64,000 nt of DNA from the NCBI GenBank assembly GCA_039591075.1, contig JBDHEI010000011.1, positions 9,933 to 73,932 of the forward strand. The letters are read 5' to 3'. Made by a program: the position numbers and the translations under genes. Positions 29,345 through 36,856 of the stretch are shown here, in pieces (positions within the stretch are counted from its first letter, which is position 1; every line of letters begins with the position of its first letter). This DNA is from Gemmatimonadota bacterium. Lineage in GTDB: Bacteria; Gemmatimonadota; Gemmatimonadetes; Gemmatimonadales; GWC2-71-9. The notes below the pieces were generated by a model that was not told where the DNA came from, made no database searches, and saw nothing but the letters and a program-made list of their open reading frames with translations.

Positions 29345-29405
29345 CGGGGAGCGCGTGGCGCGCCCAGTACGACGATCGAGGCGCGCCGCGAACCGCAACG
29401 CCGTG

Positions 29406-29732
29406 ATGGTTATGCCCAACGACCCAGTGCCGGAGCACTCACCCGTTCAGATCGAGCGACGCATGGCCGATCTCGTCGCGCGGTATCTCGAGCGGTGTCG
29501 AGCGGATGTCGCCGCCATGCGGTCGGCTCTGGACGGTGGTACCCTCGCGACCGTCCGCGGACTGGGTGACCGGCTGGCTGGCTCGGGTGCGGCTTACGGC
29601 TTCGGCGAGATATCTGCCCGAGGCTTTGCCATCGAGCGCGCCGCCCGCGATGCGGATCTGTTCGCCATCAGGGAGGCGGTCGAGGCCGTCGACCGCTACC
29701 TGGCCACGGTGGTCGTCACCTATCGGGACTGA
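29406..29732 (+). CDS. Hpt-like four-helix-bundle protein lacking the canonical phospho-accepting His
   Basis: ...DGGTLATVRGLGDRLAGSGAAYGFGEISARGFAIERAARDADLFAIREAVEAVDRYL aligns by eye to the Hpt pattern ...aHxLKGSaanlGaxxLxxlcxxLExxa..., with Asp where the His is expected. Start is at ATG 29406, GTG 29403 or ATG 29412. The track start at 29340 lies inside the predicted promoter. Confidence 0.55.
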   Translation: MVMPNDPVPEHSPVQIERRMADLVARYLERCRADVAAMRSALDGGTLATVRGLGDRLAGSGAAYGFGEISARGFAIERAARDADLFAIREAVEAVDRYLATVVVTYRD

Positions 29733-29858
29733 CTAGCAGCGTCGGCGGCGCGTCTTCTCCACTCCGATATCCCTGACCTTCACCCTTCGCGCCCGAGGTG
29801 TATCTTCTCTGGGGTTTTCGTCCCGCTTGCGCTATCTGAGGGAGACCGATCGAGCCAG

Positions 29859-30434
29859 ATGACGAAGAAGTCGCCACGCCAGACCACGCACGCACCGCAG
29901 GATGGGTCGCGGGCCGGGGCCGATGCTCAGACCTCCAAGCACCTCGAGCAGGTCCGAGCCATCCTGTTCGGCGAGCAGTTCACGCTGTTCGAGGGTCGCC
30001 TGGAACGGTTGGAGCAGCGGCTCATCGAGGAGCAGGCAGCATTCCGCGACGCGACCCATGGGCGGTTGGACGCGCTCGCAGCTGAGATGGAGAAACACGT
30101 GAATGCGCTGCGGCGAACACTGGGCGATGGGGAGGCGAAGCACGCGGAGGCGCTGGCGCAGCTGGCGGGCGAGCTCGATCGATCGGTCACTGGGATGGAG
30201 CAACAACTCGCGCAGGTTCGGGCGGATGCCGATCGGTTGGCGGTGGAGCACCGTGCACAGACTGCCGAACGCATCGACGCGCTCGCGGCGCAGCTCGGAG
30301 ATCAGTCGAACGCCCTGTCGGCACTCGTCGAGCAGAAGCTCGAGGAGCTCCGTACCCTCACCGCCGATCGCGAGTCCCTCGCCGCGCTGTTCGAAGAGAT
30401 GGCCTCCCGACTGAAGCGCAGCCCCTCCGGGTAG
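29859..30434 (+). CDS. coiled-coil protein (hypothetical)
   Basis: 191 aa, almost entirely heptad-like helical sequence (LERLEQRLIEEQAAFRDATHGRLDALAAEMEKHVNALRR...). No TM segment and no catalytic motif. Confidence 0.55.
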   Translation: MTKKSPRQTTHAPQDGSRAGADAQTSKHLEQVRAILFGEQFTLFEGRLERLEQRLIEEQAAFRDATHGRLDALAAEMEKHVNALRRTLGDGEAKHAEALAQLAGELDRSVTGMEQQLAQVRADADRLAVEHRAQTAERIDALAAQLGDQSNALSALVEQKLEELRTLTADRESLAALFEEMASRLKRSPSG

Positions 30435-30475
30435 CGCACGTTCGAGGCCTTCGGAGCGTCGCGCGCGGTCCAGCC

Positions 30476-30976
30476 ATGATCCGCAAGAAGATCTGCATGC
30501 TCGGTGCCTTCGCGGCCGGTAAGACGAGCCTCGTGCAACGATTCGTCGCGGGGCTGTTCTCTGAGAAATACCACACGACGATTGGCGTGAAGATCGATCG
30601 GAGGGAGGTCGCGGTAGACGGCGGGACGGTCACCCTCCTCCTGTGGGATCTCGCCGGCGAGGACGAGTTCCAGCGCGTTCGCATGTCCTACCTCCGTGGA
30701 TCGGCTGGTTTGCTGTTCGTAGTGGACGGGACCCGCCGCGGCACACTCGACCAGGCGAAGCTCTTGCGACGCGAGGCCCACGACATCGTCGGCGACGTGC
30801 CGGTGGTCGTTGCCCTCAACAAGTCCGACCTGGCCACCGAGTGGGAGCTCGATGCGGGTGTCGGTGACCATCTCCGCGCCGAGGGCTGGACGGTGTTCGT
30901 GACCAGCGCCAAGAGCGGCGTGGGTGTGGAAGAGGCGTTCCGGTGGCTGGCGCACGCGGTGAACGGGGGGACATGA
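30476..30976 (+). CDS. Ras/Rab-like small GTPase
   Basis: G1 GAFAAGKT, switch I YHTTIGV, G3 WDLAGED, G4 NKSD, G5 TSAK. 166 aa. The stop overlaps the next start (ATGA at 30973-30976). Confidence 0.85.
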   Translation: MIRKKICMLGAFAAGKTSLVQRFVAGLFSEKYHTTIGVKIDRREVAVDGGTVTLLLWDLAGEDEFQRVRMSYLRGSAGLLFVVDGTRRGTLDQAKLLRREAHDIVGDVPVVVALNKSDLATEWELDAGVGDHLRAEGWTVFVTSAKSGVGVEEAFRWLAHAVNGGT

Positions 30977-32499
30977 GCACGTTCCCGGTGCCGGTCCTCG
31001 CGTTCTTGCAGGAGCAGGTTATCGACCTGCAGGCGCCCGCCTTCCTGCTGCTCGCCGACGATGGCACCGTGGTGGACTGGGGTGGTGCCCTCGGCGCCTA
31101 CGGCATCCATGATCTCGAGCGCGGGGTCGATGTCGCGGAGCGCGTGCCGCTGCTCCAGGGCCTTCTCCCACTTGGGGTCGCACGCGAAGGGGTCCCGCTC
31201 GTGGAGACCGATGCCGGTGCGGTGGCAAACGTCGATCTGTTCCGTGGCGCCGAGGGAACGTGGGTCGTGCTGCGCAACGTGACCCCCGCGGTCGAGCAGG
31301 AGCGGGCGCTGCAGCAAAGCCGGAATGCGATGCAGCTCCTGGAACGGCGCATGGCCAAGCAGGAGGCCGCAAAGGGTGTCCCTGGCGGTTTTCTCCCCGA
31401 TGCGCTCGCCGCTCTCGGCATCGCCGTCTTCGAGCCGCTCGGCACGGACCGCTTCCGCCTGCTCGCGGCTCCGCCCCATTGGCTCGGTGCGCTCTGGCCC
31501 GACATCACGACCGCTACCGACGAGTGTGCGCTGCACGAGCGCTCGCCGTTTCTGCGCGACTTTCTCGAGGAAGCCGATGGGTACTGGCAAACCGGGAGCG
31601 GGGCGTGTCGTGCCGGGCCGTGGACCGAGGTAGACGCCTTGGGCCGCGACTGGCACCTAGAAGCTGTTGCGCTCTCGGTGCAGGGTCGATCGCTACTCGC
31701 GATCGTCGATGTTGGCCAGAGCCATCTCGAGAAGACGGCGTTGCTCCAGCGCGCGCGCGAGCACGTTCTCGGCCACCAGCGGTTGCTCAAAGATCTCGAG
31801 AAGAAAGACGTGCTGCTGCACTGCATCGTGCATGACCTCCGGACGCCGATGGTGTCGGCGCACGCCGCGCTCCAGTTGCTCGCGATGGAGACGCTCCCCG
31901 ACGATGCCCGACGCGCGATCGTCGTTGGCCGTACGGAACTGGAGCGACAGGACCTCTTGATCCGCTCGATCCTCGACGTGTTCGCAGCTGACCTCAACGA
32001 GTTGGAGAGCCGCGCTGACGCTGCACCGGTGGATGTTGTCGACTGCGCGGCGGAGGTGGTCGACGCATTCCGGCCCGCGTTTCAGCTGCGTGGCATCCTG
32101 TTAGCCCTCGAGCGGACCGATGTAGAGCCACCAGGGGGGTGGGGCGTCGTCGCCGAACACACACGACTGGTGCGCGTATTGGCGAATCTGCTGGACAATG
32201 CGCTGCGCCACTCGCGCCGAGACACGACGGTGACTGTCGGGCTCGCAGTGGACGGCGAGGGAATCTTCGTCACGGTCGATGACGAGGGCCCTGGGGTGCC
32301 GGCCGACCTCCAGCCGCGACTGTTCGACCGCTTCTCGCACGGTGGGTCGGCCGGCAACATCGGGCTCGGGTTGCACTTCTGCCGGGTTACGATCGAAGGG
32401 TGGGGTGGCCGCATCGGACAAGAGAACCGCGTCGGGGGTGGGTCCCGGTTCTGGTTCCGACTTCCGCAGTCCTCCGGGCGCGCTCGCGCCAACGCATAG
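30973..32499 (+). CDS. soluble sensor histidine kinase (two PAS-like N-terminal modules + HisKA + HATPase_c)
   Basis: H-box LLHCIVHDLRTPM, N-box LANLLDNALRHS, G1 DDEGPGV, G2 GLGLHF. No TM segment. About 270 aa of N-terminal sensory region. The start is coupled to the GTPase stop. Confidence 0.85.
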   Translation: MSTFPVPVLAFLQEQVIDLQAPAFLLLADDGTVVDWGGALGAYGIHDLERGVDVAERVPLLQGLLPLGVAREGVPLVETDAGAVANVDLFRGAEGTWVVLRNVTPAVEQERALQQSRNAMQLLERRMAKQEAAKGVPGGFLPDALAALGIAVFEPLGTDRFRLLAAPPHWLGALWPDITTATDECALHERSPFLRDFLEEADGYWQTGSGACRAGPWTEVDALGRDWHLEAVALSVQGRSLLAIVDVGQSHLEKTALLQRAREHVLGHQRLLKDLEKKDVLLHCIVHDLRTPMVSAHAALQLLAMETLPDDARRAIVVGRTELERQDLLIRSILDVFAADLNELESRADAAPVDVVDCAAEVVDAFRPAFQLRGILLALERTDVEPPGGWGVVAEHTRLVRVLANLLDNALRHSRRDTTVTVGLAVDGEGIFVTVDDEGPGVPADLQPRLFDRFSHGGSAGNIGLGLHFCRVTIEGWGGRIGQENRVGGGSRFWFRLPQSSGRARANA

Positions 32500-32524
32500 T
32501 CGGTGCGCTGCACGTTCCCGAGCT

Positions 32525-32559
32525 GGAACGGCCGTCCACGATCGGGACGGCTCCGTTCC
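32525..32559 (+). terminator. possible terminator hairpin after the kinase gene
   Basis: GGAACGGCCGTCC-acgatcg-GGACGGCtcCGTTCC (bulged stem), 26 nt after the stop. No clear U-tract. Confidence 0.3.
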
Positions 32560-32710
32560 AAATCGGGCCGTCACACCTGGGAGCCGTGGTGTCGGTCGAG
32601 CGAGGGAAATCGTTGGTGCCCAGCAACTTGGACGAATCTGTCGCGCTGGCATGAACCTTCCCTTGGAGCGTGGCGGTATCGACAGACCGAACTTGCGAAA
32701 GGATGGACCG

Positions 32711-33118
32711 ATGAGTTACAAGATTCAGGACATCGAGGGCATCGGACCCTCGTACGCCCAGAAGCTGGCGGTTGCCAAGGTCAGAACGACCAACGACTTG
32801 CTCAAGTACTGCTGTGACACCAGGGGCCGCATGAGCGTAGGTGCCAAGACCGGCGTGAGTGAGGCGCAGCTGCTCAAGTGGGCGAACATGGCCGATCTGA
32901 TGCGCATCTCGGGCGTCGGCTCGGAGTTCTCCGAGTTGTTGGAGGCTGCCGGGGTCGACACGGTCAAAGAATTGCGGAATCGCAACGCCGAAAACCTCGC
33001 GATCAAGATGAAAGAGGTCAATCGCGCTCGGCGGCTCACGCGCACCACCCCGAGCGCGAAGAGCGTACAGAAGTGGATCATCCAGGCGGGGAAGCTCGCT
33101 CCCGTCATCACCCACTAA
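32711..33118 (+). CDS. DUF4332-like protein
   Basis: MSYKIQDIEGIGPSYAQKLA...LLKWANMADLMRISGVGSEFSELLEAAGVDTVKELRNRN: tandem helix-hairpin-helix-like units, as I recall for DUF4332. Confidence 0.65.
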   Translation: MSYKIQDIEGIGPSYAQKLAVAKVRTTNDLLKYCCDTRGRMSVGAKTGVSEAQLLKWANMADLMRISGVGSEFSELLEAAGVDTVKELRNRNAENLAIKMKEVNRARRLTRTTPSAKSVQKWIIQAGKLAPVITH

Positions 33119-33138
33119 CCACTGGGGGCTAGACGACC

Positions 33139-33342
33139 ATGAGCATCGCCAAGGTAACCGAGATCAGTGCCACGTCGTCCAAGAGCTTCGATGACGCGGT
33201 CGCCGAGGGGATCAAGCGCGCGGCCAAGACCCTGAAGAACATCGAGGGTGCGTGGGTCCAGACCATGAAAGTGGATGTCGCAAACAACAAGGTGACCCAA
33301 TATCGCGTCAACATGAAGGTCACGTTCGTGCTCGAAGCCTGA
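33139..33342 (+). CDS. dodecin-family flavin-binding protein
   Basis: 67 aa. MSIAKVTEISATSSKSFDDAVAEGIKRAAKTLKNIEGAWVQTMKVDV...YRVNMKVTFVLE matches the dodecin pattern in length and in the ...V.I.V.F.LE ending. Confidence 0.8.
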   Translation: MSIAKVTEISATSSKSFDDAVAEGIKRAAKTLKNIEGAWVQTMKVDVANNKVTQYRVNMKVTFVLEA

Positions 33343-33373
33343 GCGCGCGCGACCCAGCGAGCGGGACGATAGA

Positions 33374-33403
33374 CGGCTGGCGGCTCCGCCGGCCGTTTGT
33401 CGT
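33374..33403 (+). terminator. rho-independent terminator after the dodecin gene
   Basis: CGGCTGGCGG-ct-CCGCCGGCCG (GC-rich stem with one G-U pair) followed by TTTGTCGTTGTCG. Confidence 0.55.
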
Positions 33404-33665
33404 TGTCGTGCTCGTCGGTGTGCCTCGGATCATGTTGCCCGCGCCGCTGCCGGTGTAAGATTGCGGTTGCCGATGAGTTGACCACGGTCGCGGATTCGCC
33501 GTCCCAGGCAGAGGACATGGCCATGCCAAGTGACGTTGCCCCCGGAGCGGCAAGTGCGCAGTTTGGCAGGGGTTGGCGCTCCCTGGGCTCGTCGGCCCCG
33601 CTCTTGCTCATTCATCCCAGTGCGCGTCGTGCCGGCAACGAGACCGGTGATCAGGAGGTGGCGTG

Positions 33666-34346
33666 ATGACGAGGTCGAATCGCAAACCCCACCGCACCAT
33701 GCGGGCTGGCGTCGTGTCGTCCGTCAGGGCACGAGCGCTGCTCACCCTGTGGGTCGCGGCTGGCGCCTGGCTGCTCACTGCGTGCGGCGGATCGAGAGTG
33801 TTGGTGCCACCCCGCGTGGATCTCGCACCGTACTATCGGGTCGGGTTGGTGACTTTCACGATCGAAAACGCCAAGGGATCGCTCAACGTGCTCGCCACCG
33901 AGCGGTTTCTAGGCGAGGTCCTGGCGGGGCAGCATGGGATCGAGGTCCTCGAGCTGGGAGAGGCGGAGCGCCTACTCAACGATGTGGGCGAGACCCGCCT
34001 CGACGCGAGAGCTGCCCGCGCGATCGGTCAGGAGCACGGCGTTCCCGCGGTGTTCTTCGGCCATCTCAAGGTGTCCGACGTCAAACCGCGCGCGGTACTC
34101 GCTGGATTTCCGCATGTGGAGGCCAGGGTCAGTGTCGATCTCAGCGTGCGGCTCATCTCGTCCGAGTCGGGTGGTACCCTGTGGACCAGCTCGGGCAAGG
34201 CGAGCGACGTGGTGGGAGAGCTCGGGATCACCGGCGGTGACGTCTTCTTTTCCGCCGAGCATCCGGAAGAGGCCTACGGACGCCTGGTTGATGCCCTGGT
34301 GTTCGAGGTAACCCGGGATCTGAGGCCACGATGGGTGAAACGGTGA
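33666..34346 (+). CDS. lipoprotein (hypothetical)
   Basis: AGGAGG lies 7 nt upstream of ATG 33666. Lipobox WLLTAC. 226 aa. No family recognised. Confidence 0.55.
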   Translation: MTRSNRKPHRTMRAGVVSSVRARALLTLWVAAGAWLLTACGGSRVLVPPRVDLAPYYRVGLVTFTIENAKGSLNVLATERFLGEVLAGQHGIEVLELGEAERLLNDVGETRLDARAARAIGQEHGVPAVFFGHLKVSDVKPRAVLAGFPHVEARVSVDLSVRLISSESGGTLWTSSGKASDVVGELGITGGDVFFSAEHPEEAYGRLVDALVFEVTRDLRPRWVKR

Positions 34347-34372
34347 TCTAGATCACTCGATCGCGCAAATTC

Positions 34373-34402
34373 GTGCCGGAATCGGTCTTCCGCTTCCGGC
34401 AC
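34373..34402 (+). terminator. hairpin downstream of the lipoprotein gene (possible terminator)
   Basis: GTGCCGGAA-12 nt-TTCCGGCAC, a perfect 9-bp stem 27 nt after the stop. No U-tract. Confidence 0.4.
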
Positions 34403-34494
34403 GCGCGTGTCAGAATATTCAGTGACGTGTGCCATATCGGGGGTGCACCATCGCACCGAGTATTCCAGGAAGACAAACCCTCCAACCCACGCAC

Positions 34495-34926
34495 ATGAAG
34501 ACGAAGACGACACGGTTGCAGGCCCGATCCGGTGCTCCGCCGTTTGCCTCGCAGGAAATCAAGGCGAAGGCGTGGGCGCGGGTGTATCCCGCCATCCGTC
34601 CGCCCCATTCGCGGAACCTGCGGCATGGGGCCTGGTACCCGGTCGTGCAGGACGAGTCCGACCGCGTGACGCTTCGCCTCGGCCCGTCGACGGCCACCGT
34701 ACCCAAGCGCGTACTCGAGATCCGCTCAGACCGTCCGAACCGCTTCACCGTCATCCATCGCGTGGGGTCCGAGCTGGTGAATCGTCGCGATTCACACGGC
34801 CTCGGGCGGTTTTACGCGGTCTGCCCGATCTGTGCCTGGCGCTTCCAGCTCATCGGCCGCCCCGAGCGCCGTCTCTGTCCCAAGTGCGCCCACGAGGGTG
34901 AGGTTGCCTGGTGGGAGACGGTGTGA
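34495..34926 (+). CDS. hypothetical protein with C-terminal zinc ribbon
   Basis: MKTKTTRLQ... with CPICAWRF...CPKCAHEG near the C-terminus. The start is chosen at the first ATG after the upstream hairpin. Confidence 0.45.
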   Translation: MKTKTTRLQARSGAPPFASQEIKAKAWARVYPAIRPPHSRNLRHGAWYPVVQDESDRVTLRLGPSTATVPKRVLEIRSDRPNRFTVIHRVGSELVNRRDSHGLGRFYAVCPICAWRFQLIGRPERRLCPKCAHEGEVAWWETV

Positions 34927-35009
34927 GACGGGTGTAATTGACGATACAACACGGGGGCGCCATCGCGTCCCCGTCTTCTTGTTGGGTCGCTCGTGTCAGC
35001 GACCTGGGA

Positions 35010-36575
35010 TCAGCGGCGGCCGGTCGGTCTGAGCAGCAGATCGTGGAAATCGAAGCTGAAGTCGGTGGCGGGCGAGACGGCGCGCAGCTTCACCTGGTCG
35101 ATGCCCCCGTTCGGCTCGAGCTGAAACGTGACGAACGCGTCGGCCCTGAGTTCGCGGTCGTACCACCGGGCGATGAACGTATCGTACTGCCAGTGCTCGA
35201 GTGCACCCGTCAGCTTGGGCGTGCGCGAGAATCGAATGGTCAGGCGATCGCCTTCGAGTGCGATCTCCACGTCCCCATACCATGCGTCCGTGTACGTCCC
35301 CGCGTACCCGGACAGCGGCAGGGCCGGACGAGAAGAGCTGTCGCGTTGCGCCGCGGTGCGCTGCTCGGCGGATGCCATCAGCCACTCAGCGCGCGTCGTG
35401 ACGGCACGGTACGCAGCCAACCAGTCGTGCGTGGCTCCCAGGTAGTGATCCAGGACCCGATAGGAGATCGCGCCAAACGCGGCGCCGGATTCCTGATTGG
35501 TGAGCACGGCCACCCCAAGTCGCAGATCGGGGATCATCGCCACCTTGGACACGTATCCCGGCAGCCCGCCCGTGTGTGAGACGAGCTTCCGTCCGCGGTA
35601 GTCGTTGACCTGAAACCCCAGGGCATATCCGAGGAAGTTGGGCCGCAGGGGAGCCAGCTCCGGGGCCGGGGTTCCGATCGGAATGGGGGTAACCATCGAC
35701 CACAGCTGTGCCGTGGTGGTCGGGGTGAACAACCGCTTGCCGTCTGCGAGGCGTCCCGAGTCGATCTGGACGATCATCCACTTCGCCATGTCGGTGGCGT
35801 TCGAGTTGATGCCACCCGCGGGGTTGGTGTTGTCGCTCAGGAATGGCGCGATAGGACGGACGGTACCGTTGACGCGGGCGTGTGTCGCTGCCGCGTTCCC
35901 CTCGATCCCGGCCAACGAGTGTGTCACGTTGCTTCCAGTCATGCCCACGGGGGTCAGGATGCGCTCGGAAACGAAGTCCTCCCATGATTGCCCGCTCAGC
36001 GCCTCGATCACCTCGCCCGCGATGAGGTAGAGCACGTTGTCGTAGGCGTAGGCGCTGCGGAAGCTCGTGGCGAGCGAGAGGTGCCTGATCCGCCTGGCGA
36101 TCTCCGCGCGGCCGTAATCCGATTCCGGCCACCACAGGAGGTCGCCGGCGCCGAGCCCCAACCCGCTCCGATGTACGAGGAGATCGCGCACCGTGAGCTC
36201 GCGGGTGACATACGGATCCGAGAGCTGGAACCAGGGCAGGTACTGCACGACCGGCGCATCCCATTCGAGCACGCCCTCCTCCACGAGCAGTCCCAGGGCC
36301 GTGGCCGTGAAGGCCTTCGTGTTGGACGCGATGCCGAACAGCGTCTCGGCGTCGACCGGTGTACGCTCGCCGAGCTTCCTGAGGCCGAACCCCTTCGCGA
36401 GCACGACTTCGCCGTCCTTGACGATGGCGACGGCGACCCCGGGCACCTCGAACGTCTCCATGACGCGTGCCACATACCGATCGAAGTCCGGGGGTGTCGC
36501 GGTCCGCTGCTGCGCAGTCACGGTGGGCGCTAGCAGGTTCAGGGAGAGTGCGGTTACGATCATTGCGTGCTTCAT
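35010..36575 (-). CDS. serine hydrolase (class-C beta-lactamase / PBP-like family), secreted
   Basis: Signal peptide MKHAMIVTALSLNLLAPTVTAQ. SxxK motif (IASNTKAF). YAYDN (Y-x-N). Long C-terminal extension. Confidence 0.85.
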   Translation of the reverse strand: MKHAMIVTALSLNLLAPTVTAQQRTATPPDFDRYVARVMETFEVPGVAVAIVKDGEVVLAKGFGLRKLGERTPVDAETLFGIASNTKAFTATALGLLVEEGVLEWDAPVVQYLPWFQLSDPYVTRELTVRDLLVHRSGLGLGAGDLLWWPESDYGRAEIARRIRHLSLATSFRSAYAYDNVLYLIAGEVIEALSGQSWEDFVSERILTPVGMTGSNVTHSLAGIEGNAAATHARVNGTVRPIAPFLSDNTNPAGGINSNATDMAKWMIVQIDSGRLADGKRLFTPTTTAQLWSMVTPIPIGTPAPELAPLRPNFLGYALGFQVNDYRGRKLVSHTGGLPGYVSKVAMIPDLRLGVAVLTNQESGAAFGAISYRVLDHYLGATHDWLAAYRAVTTRAEWLMASAEQRTAAQRDSSSRPALPLSGYAGTYTDAWYGDVEIALEGDRLTIRFSRTPKLTGALEHWQYDTFIARWYDRELRADAFVTFQLEPNGGIDQVKLRAVSPATDFSFDFHDLLLRPTGRR

Positions 36576-36856
36576 GAGTCTCTCTCTCGAGGTGGTCAGC
36601 CGGGCCAGAACAGGAGCGGCAGAACGCCGACGCTGAACGATACGCCGCGGCGAGGCCGGAGGTTAGGGACTCGGTGCCCCTCACAGCGCGGGGACCCTCC
36701 CGTCCCGGAAGTCCCGCACCCATCTTTAAGGTGCCCGGCGACGGCTGCTGGCCGACCGGGTCGCGCTGGACCGTGAGGCATGACGACAGGGGGCTCGGCG
36801 GTGGGTGAGGGGGTCGGGCCGCGGAGCCGAGACTTCTTGCACTCTTCGAGGGAATC

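Noticed and set aside
33397-33666. 89-aa Cys-rich ORF in the 320-nt gap after the dodecin terminator.
   Set aside because: It has no RBS and a low-complexity Cys/Ser/Arg start, and it runs into the RBS and start of the next gene. It is most likely non-coding leader or promoter DNA.
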